A DNA stretch of 64,000 bases from Pocillopora damicornis. Its lineage: Eukaryota. Location: contig NW_020847369.1 of the NCBI RefSeq assembly GCF_003704095.1, positions 124,001 to 188,000 of the forward strand, written 5' to 3'. The notes under the pieces were generated by a model, which worked only from the letters and a program-made list of their open reading frames with translations, was not told the origin of the DNA and made no database searches. Shown one piece after another: positions 1 through 11,904 of the stretch. Position 1 is the stretch's first letter, and each line of letters begins with the position of its first letter. The position numbers and the translations under genes were made by a program.

Positions 1-655
1 TGTGGCATGTCATTAGTTTTCTTGTCAGAGAATCACTTACGGGCGCAGTGCAGATGTTTCGCTGAAGAATGTTTGAAATTCATAGCAAACTTCTGTATTT
101 GAGGTGCTTTAGAGAGAAGAAAGGAATTCTAATAAAAAAACTGCGAGAGGAAAACACGCTTAATCTAATAAGCTCAAAATAAACCCTTTCAGCGTCACTT
201 TTTTTTTTCCTGAAGCTTTTCCTTTCATCAAAAAAAAATTAAACATTTTCTGCCTCGATTACGCAACTGTTCACTGATTATCTTCACAAGTTATCCTTGC
301 AGATTCTGCAAGTTACGTTTCATCGTTTTTGTTTATACTTCGAGTGCAATATTTTTTTTACAGTTTTTTAACATGTATTTTCATTTATAAGTACATCAAT
401 GAGAGATTTCATCAATGTTTACATTCATTCTGGTCACGAGTATTTCGGAAGTAGTTCATTGCTGGTACGTTTATTATGACAACGTCATTTGCAAACGTGA
501 GATCGATCGACAGACGACGAAACTGAAAAACAAATCGCTCTTTTTGCGCTGAAAAGCCAGTAGTTCCGCCATACGGTGTGATAAACCTTCGCTGAACAAA
601 TGTGAATGCCTAGATCGGGAAATATTTTAAGTGCTCGTCGCTGGATCCAACAAAA

Positions 656-3526
656 ATGTCCAAAAAACAAAAAAATCTCGCAGCTGGCACGTTGCGCGGG
701 AAAGAAGCGTTACTCGAGTGGTGCAAGCGACAAACGGTGGGATACAAGAACGTTCGTGTGTCTAACATGACAACCTCATGGAGAGATGGATTAGCCTTTT
801 GTGCTATAATACACCGCTACAAGCCGGACCTCATGTAAGAACAATCATGTTCTCACTTCACATTAAGATAGGAAACAAAAATTCTTGACTTCCCTGAGTT
901 TTTCAGATTATATCGTATGTTAATTTAAATGTGAAAAAGGTTAAATTTAATCTGAACTCTCGATCTAAGCTGGTTTTGTAGCATAAACGAGTTGCGTTTG
1001 AATCGAGCACTTGCATACAAATTTGCAAGAAATACAAATTTCGAAACAGTATTATAATCTCCCATTTAATATTGGGTATCTTAAGATGTATTTCAATTGA
1101 CTACCAGCTCTCGATCGCAAACGTTTCAAACCTCCATAAAGCAATCTGCATATAACAAAATCATCATGGGCTAAATTTCACAAAATTCGTAATCGTAGAA
1201 TGCAAACCTGTTCTGTTTCTGACAATATTGGAAAATAATCCTATGCCAAAATACGTTTTTCCTAAGCGCTGTTTATGTCTACACTTGATGTGTGATATTG
1301 CAAAAACAATAATTGGTGTTTGCGTCTGAATACTCATACTTCAGACGCAATCAAAACATAACAAGTGATGTAAGCTTTGTTTTTATTAACATATCTTTGA
1401 ATGTCGGAGAAATTTGAGCTGCCTACAATGAAACCAAACTACAGATAAGCCGAACGTGTACAGGTCCGGCCCTAAATTGCAGATTTCAAGAAGGTTTGGG
1501 TTTCAGAATGTTTCAGAACATAGCATCATCGGAGGAAATACAAAATTAAGAAAATGAAAAAGAAAAAAGCGCAATCTAAAGACTCGTGATTGCTAAAATG
1601 CGTCACGTTTGCGGAAGATTTCCGGAATACCCACATGTCCACTATCGGATGTAGATATTTCACTTAGCCCTTTACATCCTACAAGCGATGAACGTGTAAA
1701 TTTTCCTTACAATATAGACCACGAAATTCTCCAAATCAGTTATAACTTAGTGTACCGTAGCTGGAAAGGAGATTTGCAAAGTAGATCAAAGGTCATAGGA
1801 CGGGCAAGCTGGATTCATCTCCTTCGTTTTTCGATGGCAGTATTCTAATCAATTATGATCGTTCTCGCTATAGGTCGCAATCGAGTATTAACTTAATTTC
1901 CGTGTCGGTGTTCGGTCTTCACTCACAAGCTGTACTACCGATCATTCTTTTATTTCAGAGATTTTCAGAATCTATCGAAGGAAGACATGTTGAAAAATAA
2001 CGAACTGGTAAGCTGAACTACTTTTAATATTTATAATGCATTTTCATTGTATGTTTTTGAAACAGTCTTCGGCATGAAGAATATTAAACATTTCTCTTTC
2101 TCTCATTATTACTGAAATTGTGACAGAAAATGAAAGCCTGTCAGCACAAATGTTGATAAGTTCTTCCTGTCTGATATTGTAATAATGCCAATTTTTGGCA
2201 ACTATCAGAGTTTGGTCAAAACAAAATTAATCAAAAGAACACGAAGTTTGGCTCGATGTCAGCGTATGACCATGATAATGAGAATGATGTTTTATCAGCA
2301 ACAATGCTAGGTGGGCCACACCCACTTGAAGATAAAGGCAATCCCTAGTAGATAAATGTGTAAAAATTTAGACTAATCTTGCTCTCTTTGCTTAAAAAAG
2401 TAACTTCGATTGCAAAACGAGTGGAGTCCTAAGCGTTCTTTAGACTGGGCGATGAAATGCTGGGGTTGAAATGATGTCAATGAAATGAATGCGAGGCATG
2501 CCGGGAAGGAAGACCTCCTATAGTCGAAAAAAGTTGTGTTTTTACATCGAATAGAGATGGCTATACTGAAAATAAATTACTGCAAAAGATGGGCTAAAAA
2601 TTTTTTCCTGCGATCTGCCACTATTGTAGATCAGTCAATTATATCGTTTTTTTTTGGGGAAAAAGACCGTCTCAAAAATTAATACGTCCTCTTAACACAC
2701 AAATTTTGTCTCGTTACCAGGCTTTTAAGGTAGCAGAGGAACAGCTCGGTGTCCCCGCTTTATTGGACGCGAGAGATCTGGTGTCTATGGATGTCCCGGA
2801 TGAACAAAGCGTCATGACTTATCTTTCTTCGTTGTTTTTCAGTCTAAACAACTTCAAACCTTCAGGTAACATAAGTTTGGTTTTCAGTGTTTTGTGACTG
2901 ATACCTTGCTGTTATTTGATACAATGTTTGTCGAAAAGTGAGTTATTGTTCACAGAATCGTGATTGTGGCTTTTCGTTACTTTGCAGAAGACACAGCGGA
3001 AATAAACAACAATACGATACCGAAAGGTAAAAATGAAATTTATTTTAAAGCAACGAAACCTCACGTTTTGCGTTGTATTTAAATAAAATCATTAAGGAAA
3101 AGGGCAGAAGTGGCGGCCTGTGGCTCGCTGGATCTTGAGTTCTGGGTATCTAATAGAGTCTTAATTGACTAGTTACCCATCCTGACTAGTTACCCATGTC
3201 TCGTCTTATAAAAGCCCTAGGGCGTAGTTGCCTCTAACTGCCACAGCACATCGATGATTACTTACCCTGACGAGACAAAGGTTATTACTAGTCAGGGTAA
3301 GGAAACACCAATATGCTGGGCAAGGCATAATGGCAACTACACCCTTAGGTTTACCTTGAAGATAAAATTCGCCTCCGATTAACTTCAACCGAATTGTTTC
3401 TTGACAGGGAGGCCCAAGCGATATCTGTTTGATATTCTGGCCGACGAGGCATACAAGCGACGGTTCAAACTCAGACAGCGCGAGGTAGTCGAGGAACCTT
3501 GTAATGATACCGAAGTGACTGCTTAA
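656..3526 (+). CDS. Short calponin-homology (CH) domain protein, MICAL-like/EHBP1-type CH; exons 656-834, 1959-2007, 2721-2865, 2988-3026, (optional 3228-3296), 3408-3526; ~176-199 aa
   Basis: Spliced translation [95 protein letters not shown] matches the MICAL-L/EHBP1 CH domain. Junctions are GT-AG and phase-consistent. The exons after 2865 are less certain. Confidence 0.8.
3166..3197. repeat. Short tandem duplication (tgactagttacccat x2)
   Basis: Identical 15-mers at 3166-3180 and 3183-3197. Confidence 0.9.
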
Positions 3527-4659
3527 CAAACGATTTAGAATGGCTACTTTTTTAAAATGAAAATGAATATATGAGCCAGTCAAGTCGTGTCTTGGAGATT
3601 TCAAGCGCTCAGAAACATTGCTGTGTAGTATGATGGAGTAATAAATCGAACAATGTCGAATGCTAAGGTGCCCTTGTGGGAAAAATATTGCAAATCAATA
3701 TTAACCATGGAATTCTTTCCAACTATACTTGAAAAGGAAACCACGTTTGAATTTTGCTATAATGAGCAGAGCACTTCTTCAGGCAAAACTAAAAGCTCTT
3801 TTAAAAGTATAACCTTGACAAGTACCCGGCTTTCTTGGAGTAGCTTAGATTTAAAAATCTGTCACATTTGTATGTCATTAAAAGAAAGATAAAAGATTAA
3901 AGCCTTCAGAGAATCTCTATCATGAAAACCGGGGTTATTATCTCAGACGGGACCTGGGAACAAGATCACATGGTCTTCAGCGCCAGAAGTTTGCGGTTTC
4001 ATTAAGGGTTTCCTTGAAAAACCAGGTGCTAACTGTCACTGCTCTAAACGCCAATATTGCGTTTTTCCGATTCTCGACATGAGTCAAAAACAACATTTTT
4101 CTTGCAAAATTAAAATTCGAGACTTATTTAAAAGATACAGCTCCTATAGCGCTATTTTTTTCAGCGCAGTTTTAATTAAGATGGTTACCGTTTTATTTTC
4201 AAGGCATTCAGATAAAATTGCACAGGTATCTAAGCACATTTTCAATGTTTTGACGTTTCCCTGGTGAAATGATGAAAATTTCGAAGATAAAGTTTTAGTA
4301 AATGATGGCTATCTGGTGCTGTTTATGCAGCTGCCTACCGAGCCGAAACAAAAAAAAACCTCAATAATGGATGAGGACGACTTGTTATGATAAGCAATTT
4401 GCAAACGGATGAGTTTTTGCATCAGATAACTGACAGACACTCGCAAACCCTCGTAATCAGCCAATGAATTTTTCGGTAGTTCAACCATTATTCCAGGTCG
4501 CTATCAAGCGATAGGTTATAATCAGTGGAAAAGATCTGGCTTCAACTGTGAAGTTGAACGACAAATTAATCGAGAACTTTAACCGCACTGTTCAAAGGGT
4601 GACACAGCAATCGGTCGAGGAACTTCGTCTAATCGACACAGAAAGCCTGTTGGCAAACC

Positions 4660-6862
4660 ATGACGACTAACAGCAATACAAGGTCTGCATTCCGAGTGGT
4701 TGGGCTTCTTGTTATGCTTGGGCTTCTTCATTTTTATGCAGATCGAGAAGGAAACAGGCAGAAACTCTAAGAGTCAAACATTAGAGGACTTCCTACGTCG
4801 GTGGAGTAACACGTATAATCTGTCCCAAGAAAATATCACCAATCTGCTTAAAGATTACGACGACACGAGGGAGAATGGAGCGAAGCCAACATGGACATTC
4901 TTAAATTCTGTTTTCTACGTTTTACAGCTTGTCACTACAATTGGTAAGAGAGAAATAGTTGTGAATTTACACCAAAATCGTCTACCTTTCCTGATCAGCT
5001 TAGGCACTGCAGGTGCAGAAATATTTTTAACAAGAATGAGTTATTTCATCGAGGTGCGATGCAAATTAAATACATTTTGAACATTTTCTTTCGATATGAA
5101 AGTTCCCTTCCAAAACACAGATATTGGACCAGTGGAACAACATATTCCTGATAAACTCACAACCTTTAAGCCACCCTAAATGACCAGTCTTCAACCTGTG
5201 CTGCACCGAAACTTTAGAACGCGCTATTACAATCAACAAAGAGCGTGAATACCATCGCTAATTCCAATTGAAGAGTAAAATGTCACCTTTTACGTCCGGC
5301 ACGACAACCACAGATTTTTACTATATTTGTCATTTTTCCATTAGAGTCCTAGCTTCTTCATCGATAGGAATCTTTTCCTTTTCAAAATTGTCACACGCAC
5401 TTAAACATTTTAAAGAAATTTGCATGTATGGGTTTATCATTATTTCTATTATCATTACACTCAAAATTATCAATATTATAATTACCGTTCTGTCATTATC
5501 GTTAGTATTAGTATAGACCACACTGGTAAATAGTACTTTTCGCGCGCGCTGATCGGCTTGTTCGGATGTGAATAGCAAGTACTATCCGCCTCCGAGCAGC
5601 CGATGAGACATATTCGTGTGTCAAGGGCTTATTTCCGACCATTTTTTTGTATATTGAAAGAAATAAACTAATACCAATTTTTTTGTATCTGTGTGGTATA
5701 AACTAAAAAAGTTGTTCACCGCAGTGTCGTTGAAAATGATAGATATTAACCTCGCCGCTTCATGGCTCAGTAAATATCCAGTACTATTTACTACTACTTC
5801 GGTGAATAACTGTTAACTAGAAGACATGTTCTCTTGTTGTTGCCTATTGCTACTAAAAAAATCAGAATTTCAATAAAAGCGGAGCAGGTATCTACTGCTG
5901 CTTACAAGACCACTAACCGCCGTCTGTTTAGCCTGCCATCAGGCTGTCGTGATTGGGTTTCGCCTTAAATACGGTTCCTTTTACGGGCATAGATGGGTGC
6001 GACTTTATCAGCAGCCGCTCATGGAAAAAATGATTGACACCCCTACTGTTATCGTCATTATTTACATCTTTATTATCATTTTTTATCACTAGATATCACC
6101 ACCTTTCCATTATGAACATCGAAGAGCCAAATTTTTATTGTTGCCGTGGCGCTCAGCTTAATTCTTTCATAAGATACCCAAAACACTAAGACAGACTGCC
6201 CCATTATTAATTTATTTAGTCATTAAATATTTTCTTCATTTTCTTTTACTTATTCATTTGTATCATTTCCCCTTTTTTCGACAGGATATGGAAACATAAC
6301 GCCCACGACAGAAAGCGGTCAAATTTTAACTGTTATTTATGCGCTGGTAGGAATTCCATTCACAGTTTTGGCTCTAAAATCAATTGGAGAACTTGTAAAC
6401 AAAGCCTTAAAATCGGTGACCCGACCACTGCATAGGAAATTTCACAGTAAAAACTGCCAAGAACGTGCCTGCGATTTTATGGAAACTGGAAATACCTGCA
6501 TCAATTTAGTGTCTTGCATTGTAACCTGGATCATTGCTTGTGCACTGAACACGCATTTAGAATCAAAACAAAGTTTTATCACGAACTCTTATTCCATTTT
6601 TGTGACCTTAACTACTGTCGGATTTGGAGACATTATTCCGTTTGAGGATCACTTGTATGTTTTCATTATAACCGTTTTACCCGGGTTGTGTTTCATGTCC
6701 AGTTTGATCGACTCGATTGTAGCATACTTGGATAAAACCCGAGTGGCTACCACACGATCTTTTAGCCTCGCGGGGTGTTGTTCAGCTAAAAACGAAGCGA
6801 GGATAACGGCAGAAGTGGATTTGAAAAACAATCAGACACTGGAGAACAACACTACCTTTTGA
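4660..6862 (+). pseudogene. Two-pore-domain potassium channel (K2P/KCNK family) with a frameshift in TM1; exons 4660-4943 and 6285-6862
   Basis: Two pore motifs: WTFLNSVFYVLQLVTTIG|YGNITPTT, split by a phase-1 intron, and TLTTVGFGDIIP; M2 reads IYALVGIP. The ATG 4660 frame (MTTNSNTRSAFRVVGLLV) differs from the frame of CLGFFIFMQIE, with the shift near 4714. Could be a null allele or an assembly error. Confidence 0.8.
5513..5817. mobile_element. Non-autonomous interspersed repeat (MITE-like) in the K2P intron
   Basis: Ends in ...ttcggtgaataactgttaa; related words (ttcacc...gtggaggtgaata...ggtgaataa) recur at ~44305-44360. Confidence 0.5.
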
Positions 6863-6949
6863 TGGGGCATATAGAGGGCTTCCATTAGCTGTCATACATA
6901 TGTCAGTAAAGTTGCCATGGCGATAACACCAGAACAATTAGAACTAACA

Positions 6950-7220
6950 GAGCGCCGACTTCCCTTTCGTAGAATGTTTTAAGACAGTTAAATGGGAATA
7001 ACTTTCACGACAATTACAAGAAAAGTACCAAAAAATTCTAGATCTCGAAAACCATTCAAGATTTCGTAAGAAATCTGCTAAAATGAACCCCTTAAAAGAC
7101 TCCTTTGTGAGGATCGTCAAGGAATGGAACAAGTTACCTAACCACCTTTTTGGAAACGATACCGACATCAACAGAACAGATTCAAACGAAATTTAAAAAA
7201 GCGGATGAACATTAGTTGAC
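6950..7220 (+). mobile_element. Degraded 3' end of a non-LTR retrotransposon (CR1/L2-like ORF2 tail)
   Basis: The plus strand reads ...KSAKMNPLKDSFVRIVKEWNKLP..., the typical 'SFF.R....WN.LP' C-terminal motif of CR1/L2 ORF2. Confidence 0.6.
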
Positions 7221-7943
7221 TATTCAATTTACTGTTCCCTTTGTCCTGTTTTATTTCAGAGCCGTTCTTGTATAGGTTGTTTGCAGAGATTTTAAAGTGT
7301 AAAAATGAGCATAAATTTTAGAAGTAAATTTAGTTAGTTAGGAGGGCCTTTTTAGCCCAAAACGAAGCCATTTTTGTTTTTTTTCGTCTTGTCTGTTTCT
7401 GCGGTCAAGCGACACACCCGAGAGCTGATTTTTAGAAGATTAGATGGCGGCTTTTAAAAACGTTGACATCATACCTTCAAAACAAAATGCTTTATTGGAT
7501 TTCGGCTTCCTTGATTGAGAGGTCATTTGAACTTTGTTATTTTTATTGAGTTTAGCGATTGTTTCAATCACACGGCTTTGCATAATTTGAAACTGTGGAA
7601 AAAAATTATATAAAAATGGGTTATGTCATGTACTAAGCTGAACACTTCGTAACGTTTCAAAAGATGTAACGTTGTATCATTTATTTATTTGCACTTCGCA
7701 CGCAAAGATCGCGCTAATGTGATATTGCCTAGTTTATATAAAAAATTAATTGGACACGTGCAAAAACTAACTTGATTTGAGGAGGAAACGTGGTCTAAAC
7801 TAGAAACGAATGGCGTGATGTTGAAGGAAAGAGCTTGGATCCAAATCAATTGTGAATGCATACCGCTGTCTCTCTTGGTTCTAGATGACCTATGATGACC
7901 CACGTGTTAAAACCAACGGGTTTGCAATAGCAATTCAACACTT

Positions 7944-8015
7944 GTTTTCAAAGGAAATGAAATATTTTGTTTTCAAAGGAAATTAAATACTTTTTTTTTC
8001 AAAGGACATGAAATA
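7944..8015. repeat. Degenerate ~26-bp tandem repeat x3 (ttttcaaaggaaatgaaatattt)
   Basis: Three successive ttttcaaagga-[a/c]at[g/t]aaata units. Confidence 0.75.
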
Positions 8016-8880
8016 TTTGGAAAACGTTCTGTTCTTACCCAGAGTGGTAAACACAGAAGCGACTTCAGCGCTCTGCCGCTCTCAACCGAACGGTTCGGCC
8101 TACGATTCGCGAGGACTTTTCGTCTCTTCTGGTCATTCGAGTTTATCTTACGCCACTCATCTCTCCAAAAATTTGTCAGGTAAGGCTGAGATAGCGGTGG
8201 GCGTGGAAAATAATTGTTAAGCAGATTTGAGCTAGCGCGAAATCAGGGTTTTCAATCCACATGCGTGATATTCACTGCGAAAACGCAAGAGCGAATTTGA
8301 ACATTGCACGCGAGTGGGGCGACACGCGCGGAAGAAGCTCTTTCTCACGCTTTTACTCCCCAAGAAGTGGCTGGCACTGTTGGTTGTAAAAAAAAAATTC
8401 ATAACTGCATTAGACATGTCTGAGAGTTTTTAGTAAATAATGACCGTAAGATCAATGTAATTGTGTACCTAAGACGATGCCTCAGGATTTGTAACAGGTT
8501 ATTTTTCTGTAATGTAATTCACCACGCTTCTCGTTGTCTATTTCCCAAATATTTTGCCGTAGGTCTGTTCAGTAACAAATCACAGAGGACGTCGAAATAT
8601 ATGGTGACACACTCGGTAGAGATCTCGAGTTATAATCTTATTGTTATCTATACATTTCTAATATGAAATATGGCTTAAAAGTTTACACTCGCACTATAAT
8701 TCCTTAAAACTGCTCTTAATACAGTTATTTAGCTTACTTTGAATGAAAAAGGTCAGATTTATGACAAGGGCTCTTAAGGTTATTGTTTTCTTTACCACGA
8801 ATAATTTAACTATTGTTTTTTTTTCTCGAACAAATTCTCAGCGACCACGGTGTGTTTATCAGCCGAAACCCAAATCCAAC

Positions 8881-10344
8881 ATGGGGAAAACGGATGCCAT
8901 TCATGTTCTCCTACAGGCAACTTGCCTCGTTCTCATCTCCAGACCTCACCTCGTCGAAACAAAAAGAACCTTCCAAGCAAAAGAAACGGTCATTTTGGTT
9001 TCCATGGATGGATTAGGCTGGCAATTTATCAGCGGCCAGTTTGTAGACACTCCCCATCTCGACGAGGTCGGCAGGGAAGGCGTCCGTGCAAGGCACCTCT
9101 TCAATGTGGTCCCAACCAAAACTTGGCCGAATCACCATTCCTATATGACGGGACTTTACCCAGAGAGCCACGGGATTGTCTCAAATAAGTTCTGGGATCC
9201 TGTTTATCAAGAAAAATTTATTTACGATTATGATTGTTCAGACAGCGACCCGAAGTTCTACAATGCTTCCGAACCAATCTGGTTGACACTACAAAAGCAG
9301 GGTGGGCGTAGCGGGATTGACTTCTGGCCGGGAAGCCGCGGCTATCCAGAAAAACCCATTTTCTACGAGAAGCCCTTTTGCAAAGTCCGAAATACCGTAA
9401 CAAAACGTGTCCGTCGTGGTTAGGTTACAAATACATTCATTGTGTCTTCAATTACACGGAACCTTCTCAGAGCCGAATCGATAAAATCATCAACTGGCTC
9501 AAATCGGACGAACCACCGCAGTTTGTGGCGCTGTACATCGATCACCCGGACTGGGAGGGGCACGATTATGGCAGTTATTCAAATGAATACAAACGAGCCA
9601 TTGAAAAAGTCGATCGCGATGTTGTGGGTTATTTCATTGATCGATTGCGTGACGAAGAGCTTATAGACACAGTCAACTTGATGTTCGTCAGCGATCACAG
9701 TTTTAACAACGTCTCTTCAAAGCGACTCATAATTCTCGACGATTACATCGAACAGTCTGCGTACATGCTGACGGAATCTGGGGCACTCGTACATATTTGG
9801 CCGAAAGATGGTAAACTGGACGAAATTTATGACAACCTCACTAAAGCCAAAAACACGCACATGACAGTTTACAAGAAGGAAGACATCCCAGATGAGTACC
9901 ACTGGAAACACAATCGCCGCATCCCTCCTATATTCATCAATCCCGAAGTGGGTTGGGTTATCGAGCAATCCCGCGGGAACAGAGCGTGTCTTGGGTTCAC
10001 GGGACACACGCCTGGCCGCCTCAGGAGAGTCGCAGCTACCCAATTTTCTTTGCCCGTGGTCCCGCGTTAAAAAGGATTTCGAAATTGCGCCGTTCAAGAC
10101 ACTCGATCTCTACCCTCTGATGTGTCAACTTCTTGGAATTGTGCCTCAACCGAACAATGGCTCACTGGAAAATGTCATGCCTCTTCTTCTGCAAGAAACC
10201 ACCGACCCACCGACCACAGACCCACCAGCCCCAGACCCACCAACCGCTGGTCAAGCGGAAGTAAACATGCAGGGACTTCCGGTTTTGATGGCGATATCTA
10301 TCTGCTTGCCAATTCTTATTTTGCAAGCTTTCCAGTACACTTAA
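8881..10344 (+). pseudogene. Ectonucleotide pyrophosphatase/phosphodiesterase (ENPP4/5/6/7-like), single coding exon, three frameshifts
   Basis: Signal-like N-terminus followed by VILVSMDG, TKTWPNH (catalytic Thr), TGLYPESHGI, EPIW, DHPDWEGHDYG, VSDH, HNRRIPPI, HGTHAW..PIFFARGP, DLYPLMCQLLGI.P.PNNGS and a hydrophobic C-terminal tail. Frame changes at ~9388, ~9985 and ~10068. Probable 5'UTR intron 8180-8841. Confidence 0.85.
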
Positions 10345-10708
10345 TATTCGAACCTTTTGCCCGAAATTCATTAAAGGTGGTACTAATTAAGGGGGCAACG
10401 ACTTAAAACCTTTGAGGAAAAGCACATACACTTTCCATTAAAAAGCCTGTCTTAGCTTCTGTTTTAGTCGCCATAGGTTTTCAAAACAAAGATATGCAAA
10501 CTATGTCAGGTATTCACTAATTCTGAGTAACAATCCAGACAAAAACAGTACTTTTTTTTTTATATCAAAGCCCTCTGTAAGTTTTTCATCAACCCCTCCT
10601 CCCTCTCTCCCTCCCTAATGTCAAAATGTCACTCTAGGTGAGCATAACATCAGATAAATATCCTAAAGAGAAGAATTATTAGTCATCAACTAAATTTATT
10701 TACATTCT

Positions 10709-11687
10709 CTACCATTTCAGCACTGGGTTAGCTTTGTATCTATCATAATCTTCTTTCTTGAAGAAAGATATTTCTGTTTCATGTCCTGTTAGGAAACAAG
10801 AAGATTTTATGGTTATGAACAAGGTGAAAGTAAATAGAGGATGTTCATTTTTAAATGGATACAATTAACCGAAAAAAAAAATTTCTGCTAAGGTTATGTT
10901 GAACATTTAATTATTAACAGGTTTATGGTTTCTTAATCCAGGCCTTGGACCCCTAAGAGTGACCAGCATGCAGTTTCTCCTTACATTATCACCCCTGAAT
11001 CAAACAGTTAGGTCACAAGAATAGAGAGAATGATCATCAGCTAAAGGACCTCTTGATTGTTTAACAAATTCTCCTTATCAGCACCTAAGAAAATGTATAG
11101 AGAACAGTATGGAGAATATGCATACTGATGTTAGGGTGTAAAGGGGTTAATGCTCAGAACTAAGTCAGTGCAGCAGTTTCACCAATTTTTTACTGGGAGG
11201 GGAGTCCAGGGAGACTTCACTCAACTTGTTACCCAACATTGCTGATGCTATGGAAACCAGGTTTAGCGAAAATATTGTGGGGAACTCACCAATTCCATTC
11301 TTGGAAAGACTGCAGTCCTGTCTAAGCATAAGCATCTCATCATTTTCTGTGTTTATCACTGGATCACTTGTCTATTAAAATAAATTTGTGTTAATCACCA
11401 CTTAACTCCCAAGATCTNNNNNNNNNNNNNNNNNNNNNNNNNNNNNNNNNNNNNNNNNNNNNNNNNNNNNNNNNNNNNNNNNNNNNNNNNNNNNNNNNNN
11501 NNNNNNNNNNNNNNNNNTTTGAGGATAAAGACTTACCCGAAACGACAAAGTCCATGAAATCTTTGGCTGTTTGTTCCAATGACACATCTTTAAATACGAC
11601 ATATTTGATATTCCTGTATTCAAAGGACCTTATGAGACGCATTGTTACAGTCGCTCTAGAAGAATCAGCTCGTGCCTCCTCATCCAT
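10709..11687 (-). CDS. C2orf76: UPF0538 protein C2orf76 homolog; exons 11687-11537, [exon(s) probably lost in gap 11418-11517], 11371-11290, 10785-10709
   Basis: TVTMRLIRSFEYRNIKYVVFKDVSL, then TSDPVINTENDEMLML and [27 protein letters not shown] match the UPF0538 family. Confidence 0.85.
10943..11150. mobile_element. ~200-bp TTAA/CCC-terminated MITE (subfamily B)
   Basis: cccctaagagtgaccagcat...ggagaatatgcatactgatgttagggtgtaaaggggttaa; near-identical copies at 26390 and 59519-59884. Confidence 0.85.
11418..11517. other. Assembly gap (100 N)
   Basis: Run of N, preceded by a MITE terminus (cttaactcccaagatct). Confidence 1.
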
Positions 11688-11904
11688 AGTCCCAAATTAA
11701 CAAAAAGATATCTAACAAAATATTTAGAAGCTGTCAAACGTCCGCCATGTTGTGTAGCTGTGCCACCGCTTATTTACAACCGCATGCAAAAAGAGCACTG
11801 GGACCGAGGTATGGTTCCCAGACTTCTTACACTCATGCTCTGATTGACATTTGCAATTACATTAGATCACTTCCTGCACGTTGTCTCACTCGTTAAGAAT
11901 AATA
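11688..11904. promoter_or_regulatory. Bidirectional promoter between C2orf76 and the BTB-TLDc gene
   Basis: Divergent ATGs 217 bp apart; YY1-like aacATGGCGG on the minus strand at ~11742-11751. Confidence 0.65.

Noticed and set aside
3206-3604. 132-aa minus-strand ORF
   Set aside because: No recognisable motifs, non-ATG start, and it overlaps the plus-strand terminal exons of the CH gene.
3026-4700. Possible CH-domain/K2P fusion through a phase-1 acceptor at 4673 that would bypass the frameshift
   Set aside because: The acceptor lacks a polypyrimidine tract, the CH gene has a good terminal exon at 3408-3526, and the K2P ATG frame already gives a sensible TM1 start.
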